A DNA stretch of 64,000 nt from an uncultured Clostridia bacterium (GTDB lineage: Bacteria; Bacillota; Clostridia; TANB77; CAG-508): assembly GCA_947588945.1 (NCBI GenBank), contig CANPZY010000004.1:2174-66173 (forward strand), in the 5' to 3' direction. This document shows, piece by piece, positions 40,986 to 50,345 of the stretch; position 1 is the stretch's first letter, and each line of letters begins with the position of its first letter. The translations under genes were made by a program, and so were the position numbers. Below the pieces are notes generated by a model that ran no database searches, had not been told where the DNA came from, and saw only the letters and a program-made list of their open reading frames with translations.

Positions 40986-41026
40986 GAAAAAAACAAGTCT
41001 CGGTGATTCACTTAAATCCGAGACTC
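40986..41026 (-). terminator. Rho-independent terminator after recG
   Basis: 8-bp GC-containing stem AGTCTCGG/CCGAGACT with a 14-nt loop, followed on the minus strand by TTGTTTTTTTC. Confidence 0.75.
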
Positions 41027-41040
41027 GTTATAGAGCACTA

Positions 41041-43101
41041 TTAAATTGTTATTTCCACATTTGAAGGAAATTTCTTTTCAACTAGTTTCTTTAAAGGTTT
41101 ATTTTCTTCTTTTTCCAGATTTTCATCTTGTCCAATTATATGTATTGCAAGTGATTGAACCTCTTTTAAAATTTCCATATCTTGAAATAAATTAGCAATT
41201 TTAAATTCCGGTATACCATGTTGTTTAGTTCCAAAAAAGTCTCCCGAACCTCTTAATTCTAAATCTTTTTCTGCTATTGTAAATCCATTATCAGTTTTTG
41301 TCATTATTTCCATTCTCTCTCTAACTATATCATTTACAGCATTGCACTTTAATATACAATAAGATTTGTATTCTCCCCTTCCTACTCTACCTCTTAATTG
41401 ATGTAATTGTGCTAGACCAAATCTTTCTGCATTTTCTATTATCATTAAACTTGCATTCGGAACATCAACGCCAACTTCAATTACAGTTGTTGAAACTAAT
41501 ATATCTATTTCTTTGTTCTTAAATTTTTCCATAATTTCATCTTTTTCTTTTGCTTTCATTTTTCCATGTAAACATTCTACTTTAAAGTTTGGAAAAATCT
41601 TAGTTTTATATTCTTCTGCAAGTTCTACTGCTGATTTTAATTTAGGTGCCTCTGGGTCTTCTGACTCTTCTACTAATGGGCATACTACATAACATTGTCT
41701 ACCTTTTTCTATTTCTTTTTTTACAAATTCATTTATTCTAGTTTCTAATTTTTTTGATACTGCAAATGTTTCTACATGCTTTCTATTCGGTGGTAATTCA
41801 TCAATTATTGAAATGTCCAAATCTCCATATAATATAAGTGCGAGTGTCCTAGGAATTGGAGTTGCAGTCATAACTAAAACATCTGGATTTTCTCCTTTAG
41901 CTATTATTTTACTTCTTTGTTTTACACCAAATCTGTGTTGCTCGTCTGTTACAACAAAACCTAATTTATTAAAGTTTACATTTTCCTCTAATAAAGCGTG
42001 TGTACCAATAACGATGTTAGCTTCTCCACTTTCGATTCTCTCTAAAGCTAGCCTTTTCTGTTTTGCAGTCATTCCTCCAACTAAGCCTTCACATTTAATT
42101 CCATATTTTCCTAATATTTTTTCAAAATTATCTAAATGTTGTTTTGCCAAAATCATCGTTGGTGCTAAAATTGCTACCTGATAACCACTTTTTACCGCCT
42201 TATAAGCTGCTATCATAGCTACTATTGTTTTTCCAGAGCCAACATCACCTTGAAGTAATCTGTTCATTGGTCTTTCTTTTTCCATATCAGAATTTATTTC
42301 TTCTAAAACATTTAGTTGTGCTTTTGTTAATTTAAAAGGTAAATCATTTATAACATCTGACATATTTACATTTTCATCATATTTTATTCCTTTTATTTCT
42401 TCATTATTTTCTGCTTTTAATTTAAGCAATCCTAATTGCATTGTAAAAAGCTCATCAAAAACTAATCTTCTTCTCGCTTTTCTAAAACTTTCAAAATCGA
42501 CTGGAAAATGGATTTGTTTTATTGCTTTATCATAATCAATTAGATTATATTTATCTAATATGTACCTTGGCATTACTTCTTCAAAATTACCGACTAAATC
42601 TAATCCATTTTGCATTATTTTTCTAATCTCATTTATTTTTACATCATAAGTTAGCGGATATACTGGTACAATTTTACCAGTTTTATTATTTTGAGAGATT
42701 GGTTCAAATACAGGAGAATTTAATTCTTTTACACCATTTTTTATACTCATCTTTCCAAAAAATCTGTATGTTTCTCCTTTTTTTATTTGAGTTTTTATAT
42801 ATGGCTGGTTAAACCATGTTACCATACAATTATCAGTTTCGTCTCTAATTATAACCTTTTCAATACTTTTATATCTGCCAAGCATTCTTACATTTAGGCT
42901 TGTTACAACTATTCCTTCAATTGAACATTTCTCTCCATCTTGCAATTCTGCAATTTTTTTGATTTTGCTTCTATCTTCGTAATCTCGTGGATAATATGTT
43001 ATCAAATCTTCTAATGTATATATTCCTAACTTGTTTAACTTCTTGGCTCTAGCTTCTCCAACACCTTTTACATATTGAATATTCTTTTTTAAATCTGCCA
43101 T
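41041..43101 (-). CDS. recG: ATP-dependent DNA helicase RecG
   Basis: Wedge/OB N-terminus, Walker A GDVGSGKT, DEQH box VVTDEQHRFG and helicase C motifs QLHQLRGRVGRG. The likely start is MADLKKNIQYVKGVG (ATG 43101). The track start is 43134. Confidence 0.93.
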   Translation of the reverse strand: MADLKKNIQYVKGVGEARAKKLNKLGIYTLEDLITYYPRDYEDRSKIKKIAELQDGEKCSIEGIVVTSLNVRMLGRYKSIEKVIIRDETDNCMVTWFNQPYIKTQIKKGETYRFFGKMSIKNGVKELNSPVFEPISQNNKTGKIVPVYPLTYDVKINEIRKIMQNGLDLVGNFEEVMPRYILDKYNLIDYDKAIKQIHFPVDFESFRKARRRLVFDELFTMQLGLLKLKAENNEEIKGIKYDENVNMSDVINDLPFKLTKAQLNVLEEINSDMEKERPMNRLLQGDVGSGKTIVAMIAAYKAVKSGYQVAILAPTMILAKQHLDNFEKILGKYGIKCEGLVGGMTAKQKRLALERIESGEANIVIGTHALLEENVNFNKLGFVVTDEQHRFGVKQRSKIIAKGENPDVLVMTATPIPRTLALILYGDLDISIIDELPPNRKHVETFAVSKKLETRINEFVKKEIEKGRQCYVVCPLVEESEDPEAPKLKSAVELAEEYKTKIFPNFKVECLHGKMKAKEKDEIMEKFKNKEIDILVSTTVIEVGVDVPNASLMIIENAERFGLAQLHQLRGRVGRGEYKSYCILKCNAVNDIVRERMEIMTKTDNGFTIAEKDLELRGSGDFFGTKQHGIPEFKIANLFQDMEILKEVQSLAIHIIGQDENLEKEENKPLKKLVEKKFPSNVEITI

Positions 43102-43410
43102 CAATATTAATATTCCTTTCTTCTTAAAGCACAAAATTTAAAAAATAATAATTAAATCTTTTATACTTTCATTTATTATATTATATATTTCTAAGGTTTA
43201 CAAGTAAAAAACAATCTTACTTTTTATAGTTTATTATTATAGAAAAATTTTTTCTCATACCCTTAAAAATAGGAACATTTAATTTTACATTTATTTTACA
43301 TTTTCTTATTTATATTGTATATTATTTAGTTTTCCTTTATAATATAGTTTGTATTTATGTTTGATTTTAAAGGCTTAAATGCCTAAAATTATATTTAAGG
43401 AGATAAAAAA

Positions 43411-45405
43411 ATGGACGAATTAAACAATTTAAATCCTAATGGGGCAAACAATAATCCTTATCAACCAAGTAATGTTCCAAATCCTAATGCTAGTCCCTAT
43501 CAAGCAAACAATAATCAAAATTCTGATGTTAATTCTTACGAAACAAGTAACGATCCTTATAGCAGTTTAAATCCGGATTATATTTCAAATACAGAAAGTC
43601 CTTATGATTCAATGAATTCTAATCCATATCAACCAATTAATAAAAATGATATGAATCCTGACTTTCCTCAACAAGATAATAATGATTATTCACCTAGCAA
43701 TAATCAACCTGTTTTAAATCCAATATTAAGTCAAAGCATACCTAATAACAATAATAATGCTGAACCAATCAATACAGATAACCAAAATGATAGCTTTGAT
43801 GTTTCTAGTTTAGATAATCAAGACAATAATACTAACAATATGGATTATCAGTATAATAATTATGACAATATGAATCCTCAAGAAAATAATTTTGATAACT
43901 CTTTTAACAATATGAATTATCAAAATAATGGTTTTGATAGCTCTAATAACATGAACTATCAAGATAACTCTTTTAACAATATGAATTATCAAAATAATGG
44001 TTTTGACAATTCTAACAATATGAACTATCAGCCTGAAAATTTTGATAATCCTGATGTTACATCTAATTTTTCTGATCCGAATTTAAACTATCAAGATAAT
44101 AATTATAACAATCAAAATTTTGTAAATAATGAATCAAATGATGATTACAATACAGAATTCATAAAAAGATGGATGGGAAATCTTTATGAAAAAGCACATT
44201 CAAAAAAATTTAATTGGTGCTCTGCATTATTTGGACCAGCATACTTTTTGTATAGAAAAATGTATGTTACAGGATTTTTACTTGTAATACTATCATTTTT
44301 AATTGCTATATTATCAACATTTTTAGTTACAAAACTAGGAGTAGTTTCATTTGCTATAGCTGGAGCTATATCAATTCTACTAATGATAATATATGGAGTT
44401 GCTTTTTATCCTTTATATAGAAACTTTGTAAAAGGAAAACTAAATAAATTTAAGCAAACAATTACAGATAATTCTCAATTATTGAATGAAGCTACTAAAA
44501 AAGGAAATACATCAGTTATCGCTGTAATTTTATACTTTATAATATCACCTATTTTACTTTCGTTGATTATTAGTTTATTTATTAGTGCTGGTATAATTGA
44601 TATAAAAAATGCTTTTACACCAGATGTACCTCTTAAAAATGAAACTGAAAATCAAGAAGTAGAAACAGATCTACAGCCTTTTAATTTTGTTGACGATTAT
44701 ACTGTTACTTATGATGCATTAAAATGGTTTTATGATGATACTGATAATTCTTTAAATAAAGGTGGATATATTCTAACATATACAGGACAATCATTATCAA
44801 ATGTATCAGAATCTTTTGGGGTTGATGTAACAACTCCTTCTGGACGTTCATCATTACTTCAAACTTTAGCATCAAGTTATGAAACTCAAGCAGCATCTTC
44901 AAACTTAACTGTTGACCTTGGATCAAGTAACTTTGTAAGACAAACAAATGCTTATTATGCATACCTTGACGTTACATCACCAGATTCAGTTGAAAGATAT
45001 TATTTAATACTTATTCCAGAAGATGATATTATCTTCCAATTTGTTTTAACAACTGCTGACACTGCTGTTGATTTTGAAACTAACTTAGAAGTAGTAAATA
45101 TTTTAACAAGTATAGAATCTGCTCTTCCTTCTGATGAGGATATACCTACTGATGAAAATGTAATAGATGATGAATCAGACGAGAATATAATCGATAATGA
45201 AACTTCTAATTCTACTGATTTAAATTCTGTAGATGATGAAGATACTGAAAATGCTATTGGAAATGATATTGCTAATGTTACTGATGATGTATCAAATAGT
45301 GTATCAACTACCGATGAAAACGCTACTTCAGATGAGGATACTGCTACAGAAAATACATCTGGAAGTAATAATAATGTCACACCTCTATCAGATATATTAT
45401 CATAA
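43411..45405 (+). CDS. membrane protein with an N/Q/P-rich N-terminal region, a DUF2628-like TM core and an acidic S/T/D-rich tail
   Basis: KKFNWCSALFGPAYFLYRKMYVTGFLLV matches the DUF2628-type pattern. About 250 aa of N-rich low complexity precede it. There are three or more TM segments. AGGAG RBS upstream. Confidence 0.7.
   Translation: MDELNNLNPNGANNNPYQPSNVPNPNASPYQANNNQNSDVNSYETSNDPYSSLNPDYISNTESPYDSMNSNPYQPINKNDMNPDFPQQDNNDYSPSNNQPVLNPILSQSIPNNNNNAEPINTDNQNDSFDVSSLDNQDNNTNNMDYQYNNYDNMNPQENNFDNSFNNMNYQNNGFDSSNNMNYQDNSFNNMNYQNNGFDNSNNMNYQPENFDNPDVTSNFSDPNLNYQDNNYNNQNFVNNESNDDYNTEFIKRWMGNLYEKAHSKKFNWCSALFGPAYFLYRKMYVTGFLLVILSFLIAILSTFLVTKLGVVSFAIAGAISILLMIIYGVAFYPLYRNFVKGKLNKFKQTITDNSQLLNEATKKGNTSVIAVILYFIISPILLSLIISLFISAGIIDIKNAFTPDVPLKNETENQEVETDLQPFNFVDDYTVTYDALKWFYDDTDNSLNKGGYILTYTGQSLSNVSESFGVDVTTPSGRSSLLQTLASSYETQAASSNLTVDLGSSNFVRQTNAYYAYLDVTSPDSVERYYLILIPEDDIIFQFVLTTADTAVDFETNLEVVNILTSIESALPSDEDIPTDENVIDDESDENIIDNETSNSTDLNSVDDEDTENAIGNDIANVTDDVSNSVSTTDENATSDEDTATENTSGSNNNVTPLSDILS
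43900..44037 (+). repeat. in-frame 69-bp tandem duplication (2 units) inside the N-rich region
   Basis: 43900..43968 and 43969..44037 are near-identical. They encode SFNNMNYQNNGFDSSNNMNYQDN and SFNNMNYQNNGFDNSNNMNYQPE. Confidence 0.9.
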
Positions 45406-45445
45406 ATGTAATTTATAAATATTTATAAAAAATATAATTTAATTT

Positions 45446-45494
45446 AACTCTCCTTGTTAGACAAAAAAGTTTAACAAGGAGAGTTATTTTTTTC
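45446..45494 (+). terminator. Rho-independent terminator of the 43411..45405 gene
   Basis: 14-bp stem AACTCTCCTTGTTA/TAACAAGGAGAGTT followed by ATTTTTTTC. Confidence 0.85.
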
Positions 45495-45614
45495 ATTAAA
45501 AACTTATTATTAATTATTGTTTATTTAAATAATTTGTTATATAATTGGTAATAACTTATATAGGTTTATAGATTTCCCACAAAATCTAAATATATTTATG
45601 CAAGGAATAAAATT

Positions 45615-47006
45615 ATGAATTATACTTTAGTAAAAGATTTATTTAGAAATACTGACAAATATATAGGACAAGATATAAAAGTTTCTGGATGGGTAAAAAC
45701 AATGCGTAATTCTAAAAATTTCGGTTTTATAGAATTAAATGATGGAACTTTTTTTAATAATGTCCAAATAGTATTTGATAATAATTTAAGTAATTTTGAA
45801 GATATATGCAAATTAACAATCAGCTCTTCAATTATTGTAGATGGAAAATTAGTAAAAACTGAAAATGCTAAACAACCTTTTGAAATCCATTCTACAAGTA
45901 TAGAAATATATAATTTATCAGACAATGATTATCCAATTCAAAAAAAGAATACAAGTTTTGAATTTTTAAGAACTATTGCTCACCTTCGTCCTAGAACTAA
46001 TACATTTAGTGCTGTTTTTAGAGTTCGTAGTATGCTTTCTTATGCTATCCACAAATTTTTTCAAGAAAAAGGTTTCGTATATGTAAATACTCCTCTTATA
46101 ACAGGAAGTGACTGTGAAGGTGCTGGCGAAATGTTTTCTGTATCAGCATTTGACTTTAATGATATACCAACTGATGACAAAAACAAAGTTGACTTTTCAA
46201 AAGATTTTTTTGGAAAAAATGCTCATCTTACAGTTAGTGGACAGCTTGAAGCTGAAACTTATGCAGAAGCATTTAGAAACGTTTATACATTTGGTCCAAC
46301 ATTTAGAGCCGAAAATTCTAACACTGTTAAACATGCTGCTGAATTTTGGATGGTAGAACCTGAAATTTGCTTTGCTGATTTAAGTGACTGTTTAGATTTA
46401 GAGGAAGCAATGGTAAAATATATTATTTCTTATGTTCTAGAAAATGCTCCAGAAGAAATGCAATTCTTTGAAAAACTTATTGCACCTGGACTACTTGAAA
46501 AACTTCATACTACAATTAATGAACCTTTTGGTAGAATTACTTATACAGATGCAATTAAAGAATTAGAAAAACATAATGATGAATTTGAGTTTAAAGTTTC
46601 ATGGGGAGCTGATATTCAAACTGAACATGAAAGATATTTAAGTGAAAAAATATTTAAAAGACCAGTTTTCGTTACTGATTATCCAAAAGAAATAAAAGCA
46701 TTTTATATGAAACAAAATTCTGACGGTAAAACAGTAGCAGCTGCTGACCTTCTAGTTCCTGGTATTGGAGAACTTATCGGGGGAAGTCAAAGAGAAGAAG
46801 ATATTTCTAAACTTACAAATAGAATGAAAGAATTAAACCTTAACGAACAAGATTATTGGTGGTATCTAGACCTTCGTAAATATGGTAGTGTTCCACACTC
46901 TGGTTTTGGTCTTGGTTTTGAAAGATTAATGATGTACACAACAGGAATGCAAAATATTCGTGATGTAATACCTTATCCTCGTACACCAAAAAATTGTGAA
47001 TTTTAA
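45615..47006 (+). CDS. asnS: asparagine--tRNA ligase
   Basis: Class IIb pattern with an N-terminal OB domain, [21 protein letters not shown] and [15 protein letters not shown]. Confidence 0.95.
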   Translation: MNYTLVKDLFRNTDKYIGQDIKVSGWVKTMRNSKNFGFIELNDGTFFNNVQIVFDNNLSNFEDICKLTISSSIIVDGKLVKTENAKQPFEIHSTSIEIYNLSDNDYPIQKKNTSFEFLRTIAHLRPRTNTFSAVFRVRSMLSYAIHKFFQEKGFVYVNTPLITGSDCEGAGEMFSVSAFDFNDIPTDDKNKVDFSKDFFGKNAHLTVSGQLEAETYAEAFRNVYTFGPTFRAENSNTVKHAAEFWMVEPEICFADLSDCLDLEEAMVKYIISYVLENAPEEMQFFEKLIAPGLLEKLHTTINEPFGRITYTDAIKELEKHNDEFEFKVSWGADIQTEHERYLSEKIFKRPVFVTDYPKEIKAFYMKQNSDGKTVAAADLLVPGIGELIGGSQREEDISKLTNRMKELNLNEQDYWWYLDLRKYGSVPHSGFGLGFERLMMYTTGMQNIRDVIPYPRTPKNCEF

Positions 47007-47013
47007 AAACGAA

Positions 47014-47053
47014 TTTTCTGCGACAGCAAGATACGGAAATATATTATTTTCTT
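47014..47053 (+). repeat. orphan right-half copy of the GC-rich element
   Basis: TTTTCTGCGACAGCAAGATACGGAAATATATTATTTTCTT compares with the right end of copy B, TTTTCTGCGACAGCAAGATACGAAAATTTATTATTTTTCTT. It begins 8 nt after the asnS stop. Confidence 0.8.
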
Positions 47054-47074
47054 ATTTTGTAATTTAATAAATAT

Positions 47075-47194
47075 AAAAAGAAAAATAATAAATTGGAAGT
47101 ATCGCGCAGCGACCAAGCGAAGCGCGAATGGAGCGAAAAGTGTTTATCACTTTTCTGCGACAGCAAGATACGAAAATTTATTATTTTTCTTTTT
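47075..47194 (+). repeat. GC-rich structured intergenic element, copy B (120 nt)
   Basis: The 20-bp perfect arms are 47075..47094 and 47175..47194. The closing helix is GTATC (47099..47103) / GATAC (47167..47171). The conserved core carries the internal hairpin GAAAAGTG-TTTAT-CACTTTTC. Confidence 0.9.
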
Positions 47195-47205
47195 TATTAT
47201 AAATA

Positions 47206-48372
47206 TTAATACCCTTTATATGCTTTCTCATAAAGCATTATAAAATCTTCTTTAGTTACATCTCTTGGATTTCCTGGCTTACAAGGATCCTCCATTGCTT
47301 TTTCTGCAAGCATCTCAAAATCTTCTCTCTTTGCACCTACATCTTTTATTGTTTGTGTTATACCTACATCTGCTGAAAGATTTTTTATACATTCACAAAA
47401 TGTTTTTATTACTTCCTCTTTTGTGAATTTTGTGGCATCAATATGAAAAGCATTAGTTAATATTTCTCTGAAATCTTCATAAACCACTTCTCCATTAAAT
47501 TCCATTACAGTTGGAAGTAAAATTGCATTTGCTAAACCATGTGGTGTATCATATACTGCACCTAATTGATGAGCCATTGAATGAACTATACCAAGTCCTA
47601 CATTTGAAAATGCCATTCCGGCTATATATTGACCTAATCCTACTTTATTAATTGCATCTTGATCAGTGTTATTTACTGCATCTGCTAAGTTATCATATAT
47701 AAGTTGAATTGCTTTCATAGAATACATTTGTGACATTATATTTTTTGATTTTGTAATATAACCTTCTATTGCATGTGTTAATGCATCCATACCTGTTGAA
47801 GATGCAACTGATTTTGGCATTGTTGCCATAAGTTCTGTATCTACAATAGACATTATTGGAATATCATGCTCATCTACACAAACCATTTTTATTTCTTTTT
47901 CTGGATCTGTTATTACATAATTAATCGTAACTTCTGCTGCCGTTCCAGCTGTTGTAGGAATTGCAATCATTGGAAGTCCTTTATTTTTAGTATTAGATAT
48001 TCCATTAAGTGAAACTATATCGCTCCTATCTGGATTTGTCATAACAATGCTTATTCCCTTTGCTGTATCAATACTTGAACCACCACCAACTGCAACTATT
48101 AAATCTGCTTTAAAATCTTTGCATACTTTTAATCCTTCTAATACATTTTCTACTGGTGGATTAGGCTTTACATCATGATAAACTGTATATTCAATGTTGT
48201 TTGCTTCTAATAAATCTGTTATTTTTCCACTAACTCCAGCTTCATATAAAGTTTTATCAGTTACAACAAGTACTTTCTTAAAACCTCTTTTTTTAATTTC
48301 TTCTGGTAAAACTTTTCTTGCTCCCTCTCCAAAATATGAGGTTTCATTTAAAACAAATTTTTGAATTTCCAT
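47206..48372 (-). CDS. iron-containing alcohol dehydrogenase (FucO/lactaldehyde reductase-like)
   Basis: VAVGGGSSIDTAKG, the metal-binding His cluster region ...GIVHSMAHQLG... and a size typical of group III ADH. ATG 48372 (MEIQKF) has AAAGGAAAG upstream. The track start is 48393. Confidence 0.85.
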   Translation of the reverse strand: MEIQKFVLNETSYFGEGARKVLPEEIKKRGFKKVLVVTDKTLYEAGVSGKITDLLEANNIEYTVYHDVKPNPPVENVLEGLKVCKDFKADLIVAVGGGSSIDTAKGISIVMTNPDRSDIVSLNGISNTKNKGLPMIAIPTTAGTAAEVTINYVITDPEKEIKMVCVDEHDIPIMSIVDTELMATMPKSVASSTGMDALTHAIEGYITKSKNIMSQMYSMKAIQLIYDNLADAVNNTDQDAINKVGLGQYIAGMAFSNVGLGIVHSMAHQLGAVYDTPHGLANAILLPTVMEFNGEVVYEDFREILTNAFHIDATKFTKEEVIKTFCECIKNLSADVGITQTIKDVGAKREDFEMLAEKAMEDPCKPGNPRDVTKEDFIMLYEKAYKGY

Positions 48373-48412
48373 AATTTTATACTTTCCTTTCATTTTTTAT
48401 GTAGACTCTTAA

Positions 48413-49621
48413 TTATATATCACAAAATGCTATCTCTGATAACATTAATCTTGAAAAATGATTTGAGGTATACAAGCCTTTCCCTGACTCTGAATTTGTA
48501 AAAGTCATCATAAAAGGTACATCTCCTACTTCTTTTTTTAACTTTTCTACCATTTTTTCAATATCTTGCTCTATAACCTTTTTTCTTGCAAAATTTTGAA
48601 AAATCAAATATGCTTTTATCTTTTTATCAATTTCGATTTCTTTGTAATTTAAATCTTTTTGTACAAAATTTTTAATCTTAATATTATTTTTTAATTTTCT
48701 TAATGAATATGTCGGTGCATTTATTAATTCTTGTTTTGTTATTTGCATTTGAATTATTGCGGTATTTGTATATATTTTATTTCCAACTTCAATCGAATAA
48801 TCATTTCTTCCAACTAAAGGTTGCTTTATAACAACTAAACCTTCATCACATGTTTTTACACCTAATGGTTTTAATATTGATTCTTCAAAAATCTTATTAT
48901 CTTTTACGTCTCTAACTTTTTTGTCAGTCCATTCGCAATATTTTTTTAAAGATTTAATTCCATTAATCTCATCAATAATATTATTCCCAGTTATCTTTGT
49001 AATTACTCCTGAATTTACTGTTTCATGATAATTATTTTCAAAAACGTTTTCAAATTTTTTATTTGTATAAACAAAAGCCACTGCTAGTCCATTTGTTACT
49101 ATTCCTTCTTCTGTAAATATCTTCATATTTTTTTGCGTAGGACTACATCCAAATATTGGAACATCTCCTATAACTTCTCTTATTCCCTCTACATATTCTT
49201 CTTCATCTTCACTATTTGCAATCATAAAAAAATAAGAAGGAGATGATTTTGTACCTAACTTATTCATTGCTCTCTTAGATACTAAGATTCCAGTTTCTTT
49301 TGCACTATTTATTTTCATAGAAATTGAAGTAGTAACTTCGGTTTCTCTATCTCCAATTGCCATTATTCCTGCATACAATGAATTTTCTGGATTTATATAT
49401 CCATCAGGTACAACTATTCCTTCACTTGTTGTACAACCAATTATAGGAGCAGTACCTAAAATAGACTTTGCTCCTATTAATAATTCTTCTTGATTATATT
49501 TTTCTGAATTAAACATTATTGCTAATTTAGTTTGCATTAAATCCAGTACAGCCTTTTTTGCACAATTCTTTCCAGCTTTACTAGCTTCTCCATCTGTACT
49601 CCATTCAACATTTATTTTCAT
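48413..49621 (-). CDS. probable FIST-domain protein
   Basis: The layout resembles FIST_N/FIST_C (...LAIMFNSEKYNQEELLIGAKSILGTAPIIGCTTSEGIV...). Strong RBS AGGAGG. Family recognition is tentative. Confidence 0.5.
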   Translation of the reverse strand: MKINVEWSTDGEASKAGKNCAKKAVLDLMQTKLAIMFNSEKYNQEELLIGAKSILGTAPIIGCTTSEGIVVPDGYINPENSLYAGIMAIGDRETEVTTSISMKINSAKETGILVSKRAMNKLGTKSSPSYFFMIANSEDEEEYVEGIREVIGDVPIFGCSPTQKNMKIFTEEGIVTNGLAVAFVYTNKKFENVFENNYHETVNSGVITKITGNNIIDEINGIKSLKKYCEWTDKKVRDVKDNKIFEESILKPLGVKTCDEGLVVIKQPLVGRNDYSIEVGNKIYTNTAIIQMQITKQELINAPTYSLRKLKNNIKIKNFVQKDLNYKEIEIDKKIKAYLIFQNFARKKVIEQDIEKMVEKLKKEVGDVPFMMTFTNSESGKGLYTSNHFSRLMLSEIAFCDI

Positions 49622-49639
49622 TAGTTTTCCTCCTGTAGT

Positions 49640-49852
49640 TTAAAATTCAATAACGCCTTTCCATTTTTCTCTTTCTGTCTTCATTTTATTTTCAGTATCT
49701 TGCATTGTATCATAAAAATCATTTTCTATTTTATCTTTTTTTTCTATAATATTATCATTTAAAGTAGCTTTTACTAATATTGCTGAAAGTATAGACATTA
49801 TTATTACAGTTATAACTAATGCAATAACGGTAATTCCATTCTCTCTTTTCAT
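49640..49852 (-). CDS. small protein (70 aa) with a prepilin-like N-terminus
   Basis: MKRENG|ITVIALVITVIIMSILSAIL. The stop is 18 nt upstream of the FIST-like gene start. The RBS is weak. Confidence 0.5.
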   Translation of the reverse strand: MKRENGITVIALVITVIIMSILSAILVKATLNDNIIEKKDKIENDFYDTMQDTENKMKTEREKWKGVIEF

Positions 49853-49942
49853 TAATTCACATATAACCTAATTTTTAATTAGTTTATTTCTCCTTAAATA
49901 TTTAGGTTTTTATAATATAAAACCTATAAACTATACAAAATA

Positions 49943-50287
49943 TTATATAACATCTTTTATTGCATCACCTATTATTTTATTTACATCTGCCATTAATCTA
50001 CTGAATTCTATTTCATAATCAAAATATTCTTTAATATCTTTATTTTCTATAAGAACATTATATAGTCTTGCAACTTTTACCTTCTTATCTTCTTCATCTA
50101 TTTCTGCATTGTTTTCTCTTTTTATTTCCATGATTTGAACTTCTTGTTTTAATTTTTCAAATTCTTCAATTAAGCTTTTTTTCTTTGGATCAGAAAATAA
50201 TTTATCTTTAGATTCTTTTAATTTTTTATATTGAACAGAATTTTTTATTTCCTCTGCTAACCTATTTGCAGTATCATAGATTTCCAT
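49943..50287 (-). CDS. YlbF/YmcA-family protein
   Basis: MEIYDTANRLAEEIKNSVQYKKLKESKDKLFSDPKKKSLIEEFEKLKQEVQ matches the YlbF-family helical pattern. Confidence 0.6.
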   Translation of the reverse strand: MEIYDTANRLAEEIKNSVQYKKLKESKDKLFSDPKKKSLIEEFEKLKQEVQIMEIKRENNAEIDEEDKKVKVARLYNVLIENKDIKEYFDYEIEFSRLMADVNKIIGDAIKDVI

Positions 50288-50345
50288 TAATGAATTATTC
50301 CTTTCTTTATAAAGCTTAAACTCTTAAATTATATTTTTCAATAAA

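Noticed and set aside
45406-45614. T-box leader upstream of asnS (and similarly upstream of lysS, 11906..11983)
   Set aside because: The hairpin at 45446..45494 is followed by a T-run and terminates the upstream gene. The remaining ~120 nt (78 nt for lysS) is too short for a T-box, and I saw no T-box consensus sequence.
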